From a virus, in the IMG/VR virus record IMGVR_UViG_3300046519_000190, positions 32,001 to 96,000 of that record: a stretch of DNA of 64,000 bases, one strand, 5' to 3'. The translations under genes were made by a program, and so were the position numbers. Shown here piece after piece: positions 9,915-19,051 of this stretch (its first letter is position 1; every line of letters starts with the position of its first letter). The notes beneath the pieces are model-generated. The model was not told the origin of the DNA, did not search any database, and worked only from the letters and a program-made list of their open reading frames with translations.

Positions 9915-9939
9915 AAAAAGGACGGTTTCCCGTCCTTTT
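9915..9939 (-). terminator. Rho-independent terminator
   Basis: GGACGG-GAAA-CCGTCC followed by a T-run on the minus strand; A/T tracts on both sides. Confidence 0.75.
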
Positions 9940-9956
9940 CTTTGTCGCTCTGGAGC

Positions 9957-10376
9957 TTATGACCGACTGTTATTGATGGTCACGTTCTTGCTTTCTGCCG
10001 CTCGACGCTGAGCTGGCGACTTGCGCACGATCTTCCAGAGCAGGATCAAAGCTGCGAAACCCCAAGCGAAGTGCCAGTATGGAATCGTCTGATACACCGG
10101 CGGCAGCGATGGGAAGTACGTCAGACCCAACTGCATGTAGGTCCATGCGAACCACACGAAGAAGCCGACGACCATACCCGGCAGAAGGACCATCACGAAG
10201 ACGACCGCTGCGATTGCAGCCAGAAACAGCGCGACACCGACGATCACGACACCGGCCAGAATCAGGAACGATACGACCGGGCCGGAAGCTTTGATCTTCG
10301 CATCGATCTTCGGCTTGATGGTGCTTGCGTACAGGTTCTTCAAGGCTTCGAACTTGCGTTTCAGGTACTCTTTCAT
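9957..10376 (-). CDS. hypothetical membrane protein
   Basis: 139 aa with about 3 hydrophobic segments; ATGA overlap with recA. Confidence 0.75.
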   Translation of the reverse strand: MKEYLKRKFEALKNLYASTIKPKIDAKIKASGPVVSFLILAGVVIVGVALFLAAIAAVVFVMVLLPGMVVGFFVWFAWTYMQLGLTYFPSLPPVYQTIPYWHFAWGFAALILLWKIVRKSPAQRRAAESKNVTINNSRS

Positions 10377-11494
10377 TCTGCTTCTCCAACTTCTGTTTCG
10401 CCGCCTTCGGTCGGCAGGGTTTCGGACTCAGCGTCCGCTGTAGCCAGGTCTTCCACCTTCTCAGGAAGGAATGCCCGGAGTTTCTTCATCGCATCAGGGT
10501 CAGCCTGGAGCTTGGTTTCAACCTGGCTCTGATACAGCTTCTTGCCTTCCCAGATGATGTACTTGCCATCACGCGGCAGCAGGTCTTTGCGGACCAGGAA
10601 GTCGAGTGTAGACCCAACAACGTCAACTGTCGCACCAAAGCCGGTCATGTTGTACATCACACGCCACTTCGCACGCTGGAACGGACGAGTCACTTTGTTC
10701 TTGACCACGTTCGCGGTGATTTCCTGACCCAGCGTCTGCTTCTTGTCAGCGTCCTTCTCACCGTTGGTGATCATCTTGCGACCCAGGCTGATACGGATCG
10801 AAGCGTAGTATTCGGCAGCGTTACCACCTGGGGTAGTGGTTGGGTCGCCGTACATCACACCCGGCTTCATACGAATCTGGTTCAGCAAGATCACGGTCAT
10901 GTTGTAATCTTCCGCGAACTGAGCCAACTGAGGGTAGTTCTGACTGGTCGCAGTAGCGAGAGCCAGCTTGTCCTTCATGTTGATCCGGTCAGTGCGACGC
11001 TTGCCTTTGTCGTCGTACAGCTTGTCGTAAGGCACCATCGACGCAACCGAGTCGAACACCCAAACCAGGGGAGCTTCGTCCGGGATGAGCTTGTTCTTGC
11101 GAACGCCTTCGCAGAATGCCATTGCAGTCTGGATCGACTCTTCGAACGTCTCTGGGCGCTTGTAGACGAAGTTACCTTCATCTTCACCCACATTCATGCC
11201 CAACGACGCAGCGAGCAGTGGTTCGAAGCTACGTTCGTGGTCAGAGAAGCCGGCGATACCACCAGCGTCTTGCGCGGCCTTCATGATCATTGTGGCCAAG
11301 AAGGTCTTACCCGACGACGCTGGACCGAAAATCTCGATCATGCGGCCGCCTGGTACACCACCATCGTCGAAGCGACCGGAGAGTGCAGCGTCCAGCTCAG
11401 GGATGCCAGTAGACATCCAGTTTTTGATACCGACACGCTTAGCGTTACCGCCAATGATGCCTTCGAGTGCCAATGCGAGTTTAGACTTTGCCAT
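10373..11494 (-). CDS. recA: RecA/UvsX-like recombinase
   Basis: STGIPELD, GRMIEIFGPASSGKT, VFDSVA, NQIRMKPGVMYGDPTTTPGGNA, VVKNKV. Confidence 0.93.
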   Translation of the reverse strand: MAKSKLALALEGIIGGNAKRVGIKNWMSTGIPELDAALSGRFDDGGVPGGRMIEIFGPASSGKTFLATMIMKAAQDAGGIAGFSDHERSFEPLLAASLGMNVGEDEGNFVYKRPETFEESIQTAMAFCEGVRKNKLIPDEAPLVWVFDSVASMVPYDKLYDDKGKRRTDRINMKDKLALATATSQNYPQLAQFAEDYNMTVILLNQIRMKPGVMYGDPTTTPGGNAAEYYASIRISLGRKMITNGEKDADKKQTLGQEITANVVKNKVTRPFQRAKWRVMYNMTGFGATVDVVGSTLDFLVRKDLLPRDGKYIIWEGKKLYQSQVETKLQADPDAMKKLRAFLPEKVEDLATADAESETLPTEGGETEVGEAE

Positions 11495-11505
11495 CTGTTT
11501 GATCC

Positions 11506-12462
11506 TTATGCGAAGGTTTTGCGCCAGTTCTTCATGTCGGTGATGATCGTCATGAAGGCGTACTCGTGGCACAAATCAATGAAACCACTCTCGTTGAATG
11601 CCGACTTGAGAATGATCTGGTTGTTGATGATTTCGTTGCTGCGATGGCGCTTGCTGAGCAGGCTCATCAGTTGCATGTTCCGCTTGAACACTTCCCGGCC
11701 ATCACCGAAGACGAAGTTCTCGATCTTCTTGCGCCAGAACGACAGCTCTGGTGGCAGGTCAGACTTGCTGACTTCTTTCACAGGCAGACTGTCTGCCCAA
11801 GCGAACAGCTTGGCTACGCTGCCCCACTGCTTGAAGATCAGCGGTACTGCTTTGTCACCAATGCCTTCGACGCCTTTGATGTTGTCGCTGCCGTCGCCGA
11901 TCATTGCTTTCGACTGAGCGAACTCGACCACGTTCTTGCAGCCGGTCACTTCCTCGAAGTTGTTCACGTCGACAAACAGACCCTCAGTGCGAGGATCGAA
12001 CCAGTCAACGTCATCACAGACCATTTGAAGCCAGTCGTGATCACCGGATACCAACAGAATCTTCTGGTTCGGTGTGCGGTTGTGGACGATTGCTGATGCG
12101 AGGTCGTCTGCTTCATCGCCCTTTGCGAAGCGTTGCTCCAGACCCGCCAGCGACAGCGCTTGGCGAAGAATCGGAACCTGGCGCTTGTACTCACGGCGAG
12201 AGACTGCTTTCTCGGGAGTGTTGTCGCGCTTGCCTTTGTACTCAGGGTGAATCGCGTAACGCCATTTTGCTCTGTCATCCCACAAGCAGGCTGACTGAGT
12301 GCGCCCGGGTGTACCGAACTGCTCGATTGCCTTCTTCATCATTTTCAGACCGAAGAAGACAGCTTGAATTTCGCCGGTGCGGTGTTTCAGCACGCGAGCA
12401 TTGTGAGCGGCATACCCAATAGAGTTGCCGTCGATCAGGATCAGATCGTATTGCTTGGTCAT
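11506..12462 (-). CDS. 5'-3' exonuclease / flap endonuclease (T4 RNase H, PolI N-terminal family)
   Basis: LIDGNS, EYKGKR, DEADD, SGDHD, GDGSDNIKGVEGIG. Confidence 0.92.
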   Translation of the reverse strand: MTKQYDLILIDGNSIGYAAHNARVLKHRTGEIQAVFFGLKMMKKAIEQFGTPGRTQSACLWDDRAKWRYAIHPEYKGKRDNTPEKAVSRREYKRQVPILRQALSLAGLEQRFAKGDEADDLASAIVHNRTPNQKILLVSGDHDWLQMVCDDVDWFDPRTEGLFVDVNNFEEVTGCKNVVEFAQSKAMIGDGSDNIKGVEGIGDKAVPLIFKQWGSVAKLFAWADSLPVKEVSKSDLPPELSFWRKKIENFVFGDGREVFKRNMQLMSLLSKRHRSNEIINNQIILKSAFNESGFIDLCHEYAFMTIITDMKNWRKTFA

Positions 12463-12480
12463 GATTTGCGCCTCGAAAGA

Positions 12481-12507
12481 GAAGAAAAGGGGCTTTGCAG
12501 CCCCTTC
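12481..12507 (-). terminator. Rho-independent terminator after ssb
   Basis: AAGGGGCT-GCAA-AGCCCCTT followed by TTCTTC. Confidence 0.65.
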
Positions 12508-12526
12508 ACTTGATCCGCTTGGGTGA

Positions 12527-13369
12527 TTAACCCAGCAGCTCGTCCAGCTCGTCGAGGTCCGACAGATCGTCGGCAGCGGTGCTGCCACCTACAGAGCCTT
12601 TCGCAGTCGGACTGACCGTTTCGAACTCTGCATCATCGGCATCCGCGGACAGATCCGCCAATGCAGGATGGCTACCACGTTTTGCAGGGGAACCCGAGTT
12701 GCTCGGCAGGATGCCCACGATTGCGCCGACAGAGGTCAGAGCTTTCGTTTCACCAGCCGGGTTCTCTTGAGCTACGAACTCGTCGAGGTTCGGGAGGTTG
12801 GTCAGGAACTTCGCAGGAACTGGTTTCGACTTCGCAGCCGGCATGACAGTGTACTTGGTGTCCAGACCGGAGCCGGTACGGGTGATCTTGAGGTCTGTAC
12901 CTTCGTTGAGGTCGGTGATATCACCGTACTCGCCGATGAGGCCGCAGATTGCTTCGAACACGCCCTGGCCGACTTCCATGATCTGCACTTTTTCTGGCTC
13001 TGGGCCGGTCAGGTGCAGAACGTTCAGCAGGTAGCGCTGAGCGGACAATGCTTCTTTCAGCATCTTGGTCTGATCGTCCGAAGTCGATACAGCCATCAGC
13101 TTTTTGGCTGCTTCGCAGACTTCGCAAGGCTTGCCGAAAGTCTTGTCGCTGCATACGTACACCGCAGCAGGCTTACCAGCGCTTTCAGGGGTCTTGATGA
13201 AGTGCATGGCAAAGTCATGCCAGAATTGCTTCTCGTCACCACCACGCCAGCTTGGCAGCACGCGGTAGGTGTGAGTACCAGGTTGCGGCTTGAGAGTGTT
13301 CTGGCGCGATTTCTTCGCGGCCATGTCTTTCTGTTTGCCAGCAATCAGGTCTTGAATCGAAGTGCCCAT
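12527..13369 (-). CDS. T4 gp32-like single-stranded DNA-binding protein
   Basis: RVLP...HF...C..TFGKPCEVC zinc motif, D.TDLNEG.DLKI.RTG.G.DTKY, acidic tail DDLSDLDELDELLG. Confidence 0.85.
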   Translation of the reverse strand: MGTSIQDLIAGKQKDMAAKKSRQNTLKPQPGTHTYRVLPSWRGGDEKQFWHDFAMHFIKTPESAGKPAAVYVCSDKTFGKPCEVCEAAKKLMAVSTSDDQTKMLKEALSAQRYLLNVLHLTGPEPEKVQIMEVGQGVFEAICGLIGEYGDITDLNEGTDLKITRTGSGLDTKYTVMPAAKSKPVPAKFLTNLPNLDEFVAQENPAGETKALTSVGAIVGILPSNSGSPAKRGSHPALADLSADADDAEFETVSPTAKGSVGGSTAADDLSDLDELDELLG

Positions 13370-13553
13370 TTTGTATCTCCGCTTATATGTCGATCATGTC
13401 GATTAGGTTTGTATTGCGAGGTGTCGAACTGTCGAAATTTTCATCAGAAGGGATTATGCACCTGGGCTACTAACCTGGGCTTTAGCGCCCTTCTGATGTT
13501 GTCATTCTACTGCGTTGTTTCTTGCTGTGCTACAGGCAGATCAGAGGCAGAAA

Positions 13554-14183
13554 TCAGTCGCTCGAAGAGCTGCACGAACCGGAGTCGGAGCTGCTCGAAG
13601 AGGACGAAGAGCTGCACGACGAAGAGCCGCTGCTATCACCCCAAGAGCCGCTTGCACCACCGCCACCGAAGCTACCACCGCCACCGTGATGCGACGAATT
13701 GTGGCTAGAGCTACGAACAGGCTCATCGTCTGCGCTGCTGTTGAAGGCATACAGATCACGCTGCCGGCGTTGCTCTTCCTGGGTGTCATTGTCACGACGG
13801 CGTGCATCATCCGCTTCACGACGCTGGCGATCGTAGTAGGCATCGTCGCGCTCACGCTTGGTCTTGTCCTGACGATCATTGACCCGGGTTGGGCGAGGGT
13901 CGATTTTCGGGATAGGGTAGTTGGACTGCCCTTCCCGAGTAGAGCCCATGCGAACTACGCCAATTGGCTTGCGTGCGATGTCTTGCGGGCCTGCATCGAG
14001 TCGTGATTCGCGTATCGCCTTGTACAGATCACCACCTGGACGAAGACGGTCGGCTTCACGACGCTCATTTGCGCGGCGTTCTTGTGCTGCGATTTGACGA
14101 CGGCGCTTACGGTTCAAATAAACCGTGACGCCGGCTGCAACTACGAGGGAGGTCGTAGCGCAGCCTGCAATCAGTAAATCCAT
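13554..14183 (-). CDS. hypothetical membrane-anchored protein with Gly/Ser-rich tail
   Basis: N-terminal TM helix, Arg-rich region, GGGGSFGGGGASGSW then poly-Ser; AGGAG RBS. Confidence 0.75.
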   Translation of the reverse strand: MDLLIAGCATTSLVVAAGVTVYLNRKRRRQIAAQERRANERREADRLRPGGDLYKAIRESRLDAGPQDIARKPIGVVRMGSTREGQSNYPIPKIDPRPTRVNDRQDKTKRERDDAYYDRQRREADDARRRDNDTQEEQRRQRDLYAFNSSADDEPVRSSSHNSSHHGGGGSFGGGGASGSWGDSSGSSSCSSSSSSSSSDSGSCSSSSD

Positions 14184-14198
14184 TCTTCACACTCCTGG

Positions 14199-14279
14199 TT
14201 AGAAATCGCCGTAGCCTGTACCTGGACCATCATCGCCAGGCTTTGGGGCATCTTCATTATCGGGTTCGTCTTGGATCAT
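14199..14279 (-). CDS. putative 26-aa acidic peptide
   Basis: MIQDEPDNEDAPKPGDDGPGTGYGDF; ATG directly after the upstream TAA, GGAG RBS, fills the intergenic gap. Confidence 0.55.
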   Translation of the reverse strand: MIQDEPDNEDAPKPGDDGPGTGYGDF

Positions 14280-15584
14280 TTACATATTCTCCACAGCACG
14301 TTGACCCGGGTGTTCCTTCATACGAAGTTCACCCTGCTTTTCCAGTCGCAGGTCTGCACCCACTTGGATCAGCATGTCTTTACGATGACGGAAGCTGTCC
14401 GCCGCAGATGAAACCATCGATGCGATCGCTCGTGCCTCGTGAGCGCGTTCCTGAGCAGCTTGATAACCGCTGTCCTGGATGACCATCGCGTCGATGGATT
14501 TTTCGGTGAACTTCGTGCCGGCCATGACCATCGAATCGCGGAACTTCTGGTTCAGTTGCGCTTCCAGGAGTTCGACTTGCTGCTTCGCACGGTCAGACTG
14601 ATACGTAGCGTCTGCCGACAGTCGTGCGTAGTGGGCAAACAGCGCCGCTTGGCGAGTCATGCCGTCGTTGATGGTGGCTTCGGTGAAGTGCAGGTCTTTT
14701 TGAAGCTGGTCAGCGTCGATGAACGTGTTCAAGCCACCAACTTTCTTGGTCGGGGTCACAGACACCGGCTTCGATGGCGAGCTGACTGCCGCTTTCGGGG
14801 CAGGTGCTGCCGATGGTACTGACGCGAGCAATGCGTCCAGCTCGTCTTCGGTCGGTTCATCGCTGCCGCTCGCTTCTGCGTCTGCGAAAGCCTTTTCGAC
14901 TTTCTGGTTGCGCTCAGAAGCTTTAGCCGTCAGATCATCAACGACATAAGTGCCGTCAGCCTGCATGCCTGGTTTCAGCCTGGTTTCAGCCTCTACCGTG
15001 ATCGTCTCTTCGGCTTTAGGCTCGGTGAGTGCTTTCGCTTTCTTGAACGCCGCGCGCAGGTCTTTCTCGATCTGACCGATTTCGGAGTTCGCGTCAATCT
15101 TGGCGAGAACAGGCTCGGTGATTGCAGAGTGATCGGCATCAGGGTCCAGGCCAAATTCACCCGGCAGGCTCACCAACAGATCGATCACTTGCTCGGCCAG
15201 AGCAAGCTCTTTAGCCTGAGTGGCGTCTGGCGTTCCAACCATACCCAGCATCTTGGCTTGCTCAACGTCACCGCCGGCTGCTTCAAGCAATGCTGCGTCC
15301 AGTTGCTCCTGGGTGATTTCGGTTTCGAGGTCAGCAAGTGACGCCAGGTCATCGTCTTCGGCCGAAGGGGCGGGTTCAGCAGGCTTCGCAGCTACTGCTC
15401 TTGGACGAGTCTTGCGAGGTGGTTTCGGCAGCTCTTCAACGATTTCAGCATCGGTCACGTCGCTGTCGGTAACTGGATGCTTAGCCGTTGGGGCGTCAAG
15501 CTCGTCCAGTTGGCTGAGTTCGTCATCGTCAAGACCTGCAAGCAATGCTTCCAGTTCGTCGATGTCGTTCACTTCTTTGGTCAT
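14280..15584 (-). CDS. UvsY-like recombination mediator with long acidic disordered N-terminus
   Basis: C-terminal ~140 aa helical region (QAALFAHYA...KFTEKSIDAMV...SFRHRKDML) of UvsY type; lies upstream of ssb and recA. Confidence 0.6.
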   Translation of the reverse strand: MTKEVNDIDELEALLAGLDDDELSQLDELDAPTAKHPVTDSDVTDAEIVEELPKPPRKTRPRAVAAKPAEPAPSAEDDDLASLADLETEITQEQLDAALLEAAGGDVEQAKMLGMVGTPDATQAKELALAEQVIDLLVSLPGEFGLDPDADHSAITEPVLAKIDANSEIGQIEKDLRAAFKKAKALTEPKAEETITVEAETRLKPGMQADGTYVVDDLTAKASERNQKVEKAFADAEASGSDEPTEDELDALLASVPSAAPAPKAAVSSPSKPVSVTPTKKVGGLNTFIDADQLQKDLHFTEATINDGMTRQAALFAHYARLSADATYQSDRAKQQVELLEAQLNQKFRDSMVMAGTKFTEKSIDAMVIQDSGYQAAQERAHEARAIASMVSSAADSFRHRKDMLIQVGADLRLEKQGELRMKEHPGQRAVENM

Positions 15585-15623
15585 TGGGTGAGTCTCGCTG
15601 TTTGTGTGAGTGCGTCAGACGCT

Positions 15624-15656
15624 ATTAAAGCGTACTGACGCTGGGGCTTCTATGGG
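15624..15656 (-). promoter_or_regulatory. conserved phage promoter-like element, copy 3
   Basis: CCCA-TAGAA-GCCC-N14-TTTAAT; -10 in the loop of hairpin 15612-15641. Confidence 0.6.
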
Positions 15657-18600
15657 TTACAAGTCGAAGATGTCAGCTACCTGCTGGAACACCTGGTCGA
15701 GTAAGGCTTGTTTGCTGGCGTCGAAACAGATCATCGCCGGGTTGAATCCGCTGACCACAGTACAGTCGGTCTTTGGATCGAAGAAAGACTTGCCGCAGTT
15801 GTCTTCCCAGCCACCCTTGATATCCGCAACAAGCTGTCGAACCGCTTTGCTGCCGAGTGCGACGATCACCGGAGGCTTCAAGAGGGCGATTTCTCGATCC
15901 AGGAAGCGGGCACATCCGTTTGCGGTCGTGTTCTCAATCTCCTCTTCCTTGAGCTTGCGAGCCTTGATGAAGCTGGTGACGTACACATCGGACATCTTCA
16001 AGCCGGCTTTCGTCATCGCCGCTTTGATGAATGCTCCAGTATCACCCACCATCATCTGACCCTTCTCTTCCTCTTTGTACGATGGGCCGTCCAGAACGAT
16101 CATGACCTTCGGCTTCTTGCCCAGGACAGGTTGAGGGTGTCTGCGCCCAATAAAGGGACAGCCGTCACAACCTTTGTTCGTTTGGAAGTCGTCGACAATC
16201 TGGATCAGTTCAGCGCTGACGTCGCCAGTGATTTCGATCACGCGCTCTGCCTTGACGTTGCTAACCACGATCCCAGGGAGAAGCTCCTTCTGGTCACGCA
16301 GACGATCCGGGTGTCGGCTGTCCAGTTGACCTGGCTCGATCTTCGCGAACGCACCGATCTTATCCAGAACCTCCTGGTGACGCTTGTTGCATGCGCGCCG
16401 GTCAACTTCGAGGATCAACTCCGCTTTGTTCTTGAACCCGCGACCCAGCTTCTTACGAGCTTCCACGATTGCGTTGGCAGACTTGTCGCTCATGCCCTTG
16501 ATCGATTGGAACGGTGCATACAGGATCTTCTGCCCTCTCGCTGCGTCAAAGCCGACCTCGTAGCGGTTCGAGCTGTGGTTGATGTCAGGGGGTACGATGT
16601 AGATATCGTTCGCCTGAGCATCTTTGGCGAGCCCTGAGAGCTTCTGTTCATCCAGAATCGACAGACAGGCTGCATAGAACGCTTCGGGGTAGTAGACCTT
16701 CACCCACATGGTCATGTAGGAAATGAGGGTGTACGCAACTGAGTGGGATTTGTTGAAGCCATAGCCAGCGAACTTCTCGATCTGCTCGAAGATGAAGGTC
16801 GCGGTTGCGTGATCCAGGCCCGACGTTGCAATACAGCCGTCTACGAACTTGTCGCGCTGTTCGGCCATCTTCACCGGGTCTTTCTTACCCATGATCTTCC
16901 GGAGTCCGTCAGCCTCTGGGAACGTGTAGCCCGCGAGGTCTCGGGAAATCTGCATAACCTGCTCCTGGTACACCATCACAGACATCGTGGGTTCCAGTGC
17001 CGCTTTCATGTTCGGGTGAAGGTACTCAGGCTCGGTGAATTCCTTCTTGATGGACACATACATATCCATCAGACCTGCTTTGATAGGGCCTGGTCGGAAC
17101 AGAGCTGTTGCGGCAACACAGTCGTCGAAGGTCAGATTGCCCCCGCTACCGAGTTCCTTGAGCAGCTTGCGCATACCCCCAGACTCAAACTGGAACACCC
17201 CGTAGGTCTTGCCCTCTGCGAACGACTGGAGAACTTTCGGATCGTCGAGTGGAAGGGTGGTGAAGTCCACATCGATGCCGGCGCTCTCACGAATGTAATC
17301 CCGTGCGAGTCGAAGGATGTCCAAGTTGGACAGACCCAGCACGTCGAGCTTGATCAAGCCGAAGTCTTCGACGACCCGCTTGTCCCAGTTCACGATGCCC
17401 ACGCCCTGGCGAGTGTTGACTACGCCACGTTCAACGATGTCTGTTCCTGCTACAACCACACCCGCTGCGTGCTTGGCGAAGTTCTTGAACGTGCCCTGCA
17501 AACCTACAGATGCCGCCCAAACTTCCGGGTGGTTCAGTGCGAGCTTCTCCAACTCGGGTACGAACGCAACCGCTTTCTCAAGTGGGATTGGTACGCCCGA
17601 CTCTTTCGGCACCAGCTTCGAGCAGTCGTACTGGTTCTCATGCAGACCATGAGCCTTGCCCACCGCTTGAATAGCGCCAGCACCCGCGATGGTGTTGTAG
17701 TTCGCGATCTGGACGACACGATTGCTGCCGAACTTGCCCACCAGATGATCAACGATGTCCTGACGGCGACTGGACATGAAGTCGAGGTCGATGTCGGGCA
17801 AGTCGATACGTTCCGGGTTGATGAATCGCTCGAAAATCAGGTTGAAACGGATTGGGTCCACGTCAGTGATGCCCATCAGATATGCAACCAGGCTACCACC
17901 TACCGAACCCCGACCCGGGCCTACCATGATGTCGTCGTTCTTCGACCAATTGACGATGTAGTGAACCAACTGGAAGTAGGGCTCGAACTCCATCTTCTGG
18001 AGAATGCTCAGCTCGTACTTCAACCGCTCCTGATACTTGGGCAGCAGACTTGCGTCGGGCTTGTAGCCGAACACTTCTTTACCCAGACGCTCTTTCCAAC
18101 CCTGCTTGCAGATGGCCACGATGTCAGCCATTGGACTCGACGACATGACGGGCAGACTTGGGGTCATCTTCGACCACTTGTAAGGGTGGTCTTTGAAGTA
18201 GGCTTGAGTTTTGCACCAGGCTTGGTTGAAAAGATCGGTCGCTGCATCGTCGTCGAAACCCATAGCCACTACACGATCGATCGCCAACCCCATGTGTGTG
18301 ACAACCTCAGTTGCCTCGATCACATGAAGGTCTTCGGGCGGCTCACGGCGAAACATCCCATCAACTTTGTCATGCGACAAGATGGAGTTCATCGTGTTGC
18401 GGAACTTCGCCTCGTCTTTCTGATTGAGCGTGGGCCGGGTCATGATCCCTTCAATGCCCCGTTCCTGCATGAGTTTCAGCGTGTTGAAGTTGTGCGCGTT
18501 GTAGTACGCACTATCAACTGGGATCAGCTCGCACAGTAGCTGTGAGACGTCGAGCGCATAGCAGAGTGAATCTAGTACGCTCTCACGATGTTTGTGCTGT

Positions 18601-19049
18601 AGCACGCTATAAGCGCTGCCCAGGGTCATCGTTAGGTTGCCCCGAGTCATGAACCAGATCAACTCGTCCAAGCTGATCTGCATACGAGCAGGCTTGGTGC
18701 AGTAGTGGTCTTCACGCTGCGCGAGGGTCAACAACTCGCACAAGTCTTTGAAGCCCTCCTCGTTCCTCACATACAGAGAGGGTACGAAGAAAGGATTGGG
18801 CGCTTTCTTTGGCTCGCCCCGCTTCGCTGCTACCCAGTCCAAGTCATGGACGACCGCAATCTGCACGCCCAGTCCTACTTTCAGGCCCTTTGCTTTGCCT
18901 GCGATGATCGGCATCGAGTCGATTGACTCCACGTCCGTCACCACGATGCCATCATACCCGGCAAGCTCCGCTTTCTTTGCGAGGGCTTCCGGGTCGTAGA
19001 TGGACTCTCCAAGTGAAAAATGGGTCTTGGCCCCCAACAGGTTATTCAT
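15657..19049 (-). CDS. dnaE: DNA polymerase III alpha (family C) fused to a C-terminal family-4 UDG-like domain
   Basis: PHP-like N-terminus, GPGRGSVGGS, FERFINPER, PDIDLDF, KLDVLGL, GVFQFES, YGFNKSHS; C-terminus CDGC...KVMIVLDGP...C..FLDREI.LLKP.VIVALG. Confidence 0.95.
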   Translation of the reverse strand: MNNLLGAKTHFSLGESIYDPEALAKKAELAGYDGIVVTDVESIDSMPIIAGKAKGLKVGLGVQIAVVHDLDWVAAKRGEPKKAPNPFFVPSLYVRNEEGFKDLCELLTLAQREDHYCTKPARMQISLDELIWFMTRGNLTMTLGSAYSVLQHKHRESVLDSLCYALDVSQLLCELIPVDSAYYNAHNFNTLKLMQERGIEGIMTRPTLNQKDEAKFRNTMNSILSHDKVDGMFRREPPEDLHVIEATEVVTHMGLAIDRVVAMGFDDDAATDLFNQAWCKTQAYFKDHPYKWSKMTPSLPVMSSSPMADIVAICKQGWKERLGKEVFGYKPDASLLPKYQERLKYELSILQKMEFEPYFQLVHYIVNWSKNDDIMVGPGRGSVGGSLVAYLMGITDVDPIRFNLIFERFINPERIDLPDIDLDFMSSRRQDIVDHLVGKFGSNRVVQIANYNTIAGAGAIQAVGKAHGLHENQYDCSKLVPKESGVPIPLEKAVAFVPELEKLALNHPEVWAASVGLQGTFKNFAKHAAGVVVAGTDIVERGVVNTRQGVGIVNWDKRVVEDFGLIKLDVLGLSNLDILRLARDYIRESAGIDVDFTTLPLDDPKVLQSFAEGKTYGVFQFESGGMRKLLKELGSGGNLTFDDCVAATALFRPGPIKAGLMDMYVSIKKEFTEPEYLHPNMKAALEPTMSVMVYQEQVMQISRDLAGYTFPEADGLRKIMGKKDPVKMAEQRDKFVDGCIATSGLDHATATFIFEQIEKFAGYGFNKSHSVAYTLISYMTMWVKVYYPEAFYAACLSILDEQKLSGLAKDAQANDIYIVPPDINHSSNRYEVGFDAARGQKILYAPFQSIKGMSDKSANAIVEARKKLGRGFKNKAELILEVDRRACNKRHQEVLDKIGAFAKIEPGQLDSRHPDRLRDQKELLPGIVVSNVKAERVIEITGDVSAELIQIVDDFQTNKGCDGCPFIGRRHPQPVLGKKPKVMIVLDGPSYKEEEKGQMMVGDTGAFIKAAMTKAGLKMSDVYVTSFIKARKLKEEEIENTTANGCARFLDREIALLKPPVIVALGSKAVRQLVADIKGGWEDNCGKSFFDPKTDCTVVSGFNPAMICFDASKQALLDQVFQQVADIFDL

Positions 19050-19051
19050 GG

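Noticed and set aside
1720-19049. Inteins or group I introns in nrdA, recA or dnaE
   Set aside because: Reading frames are continuous and of normal length; no intein C/S...HN motifs seen
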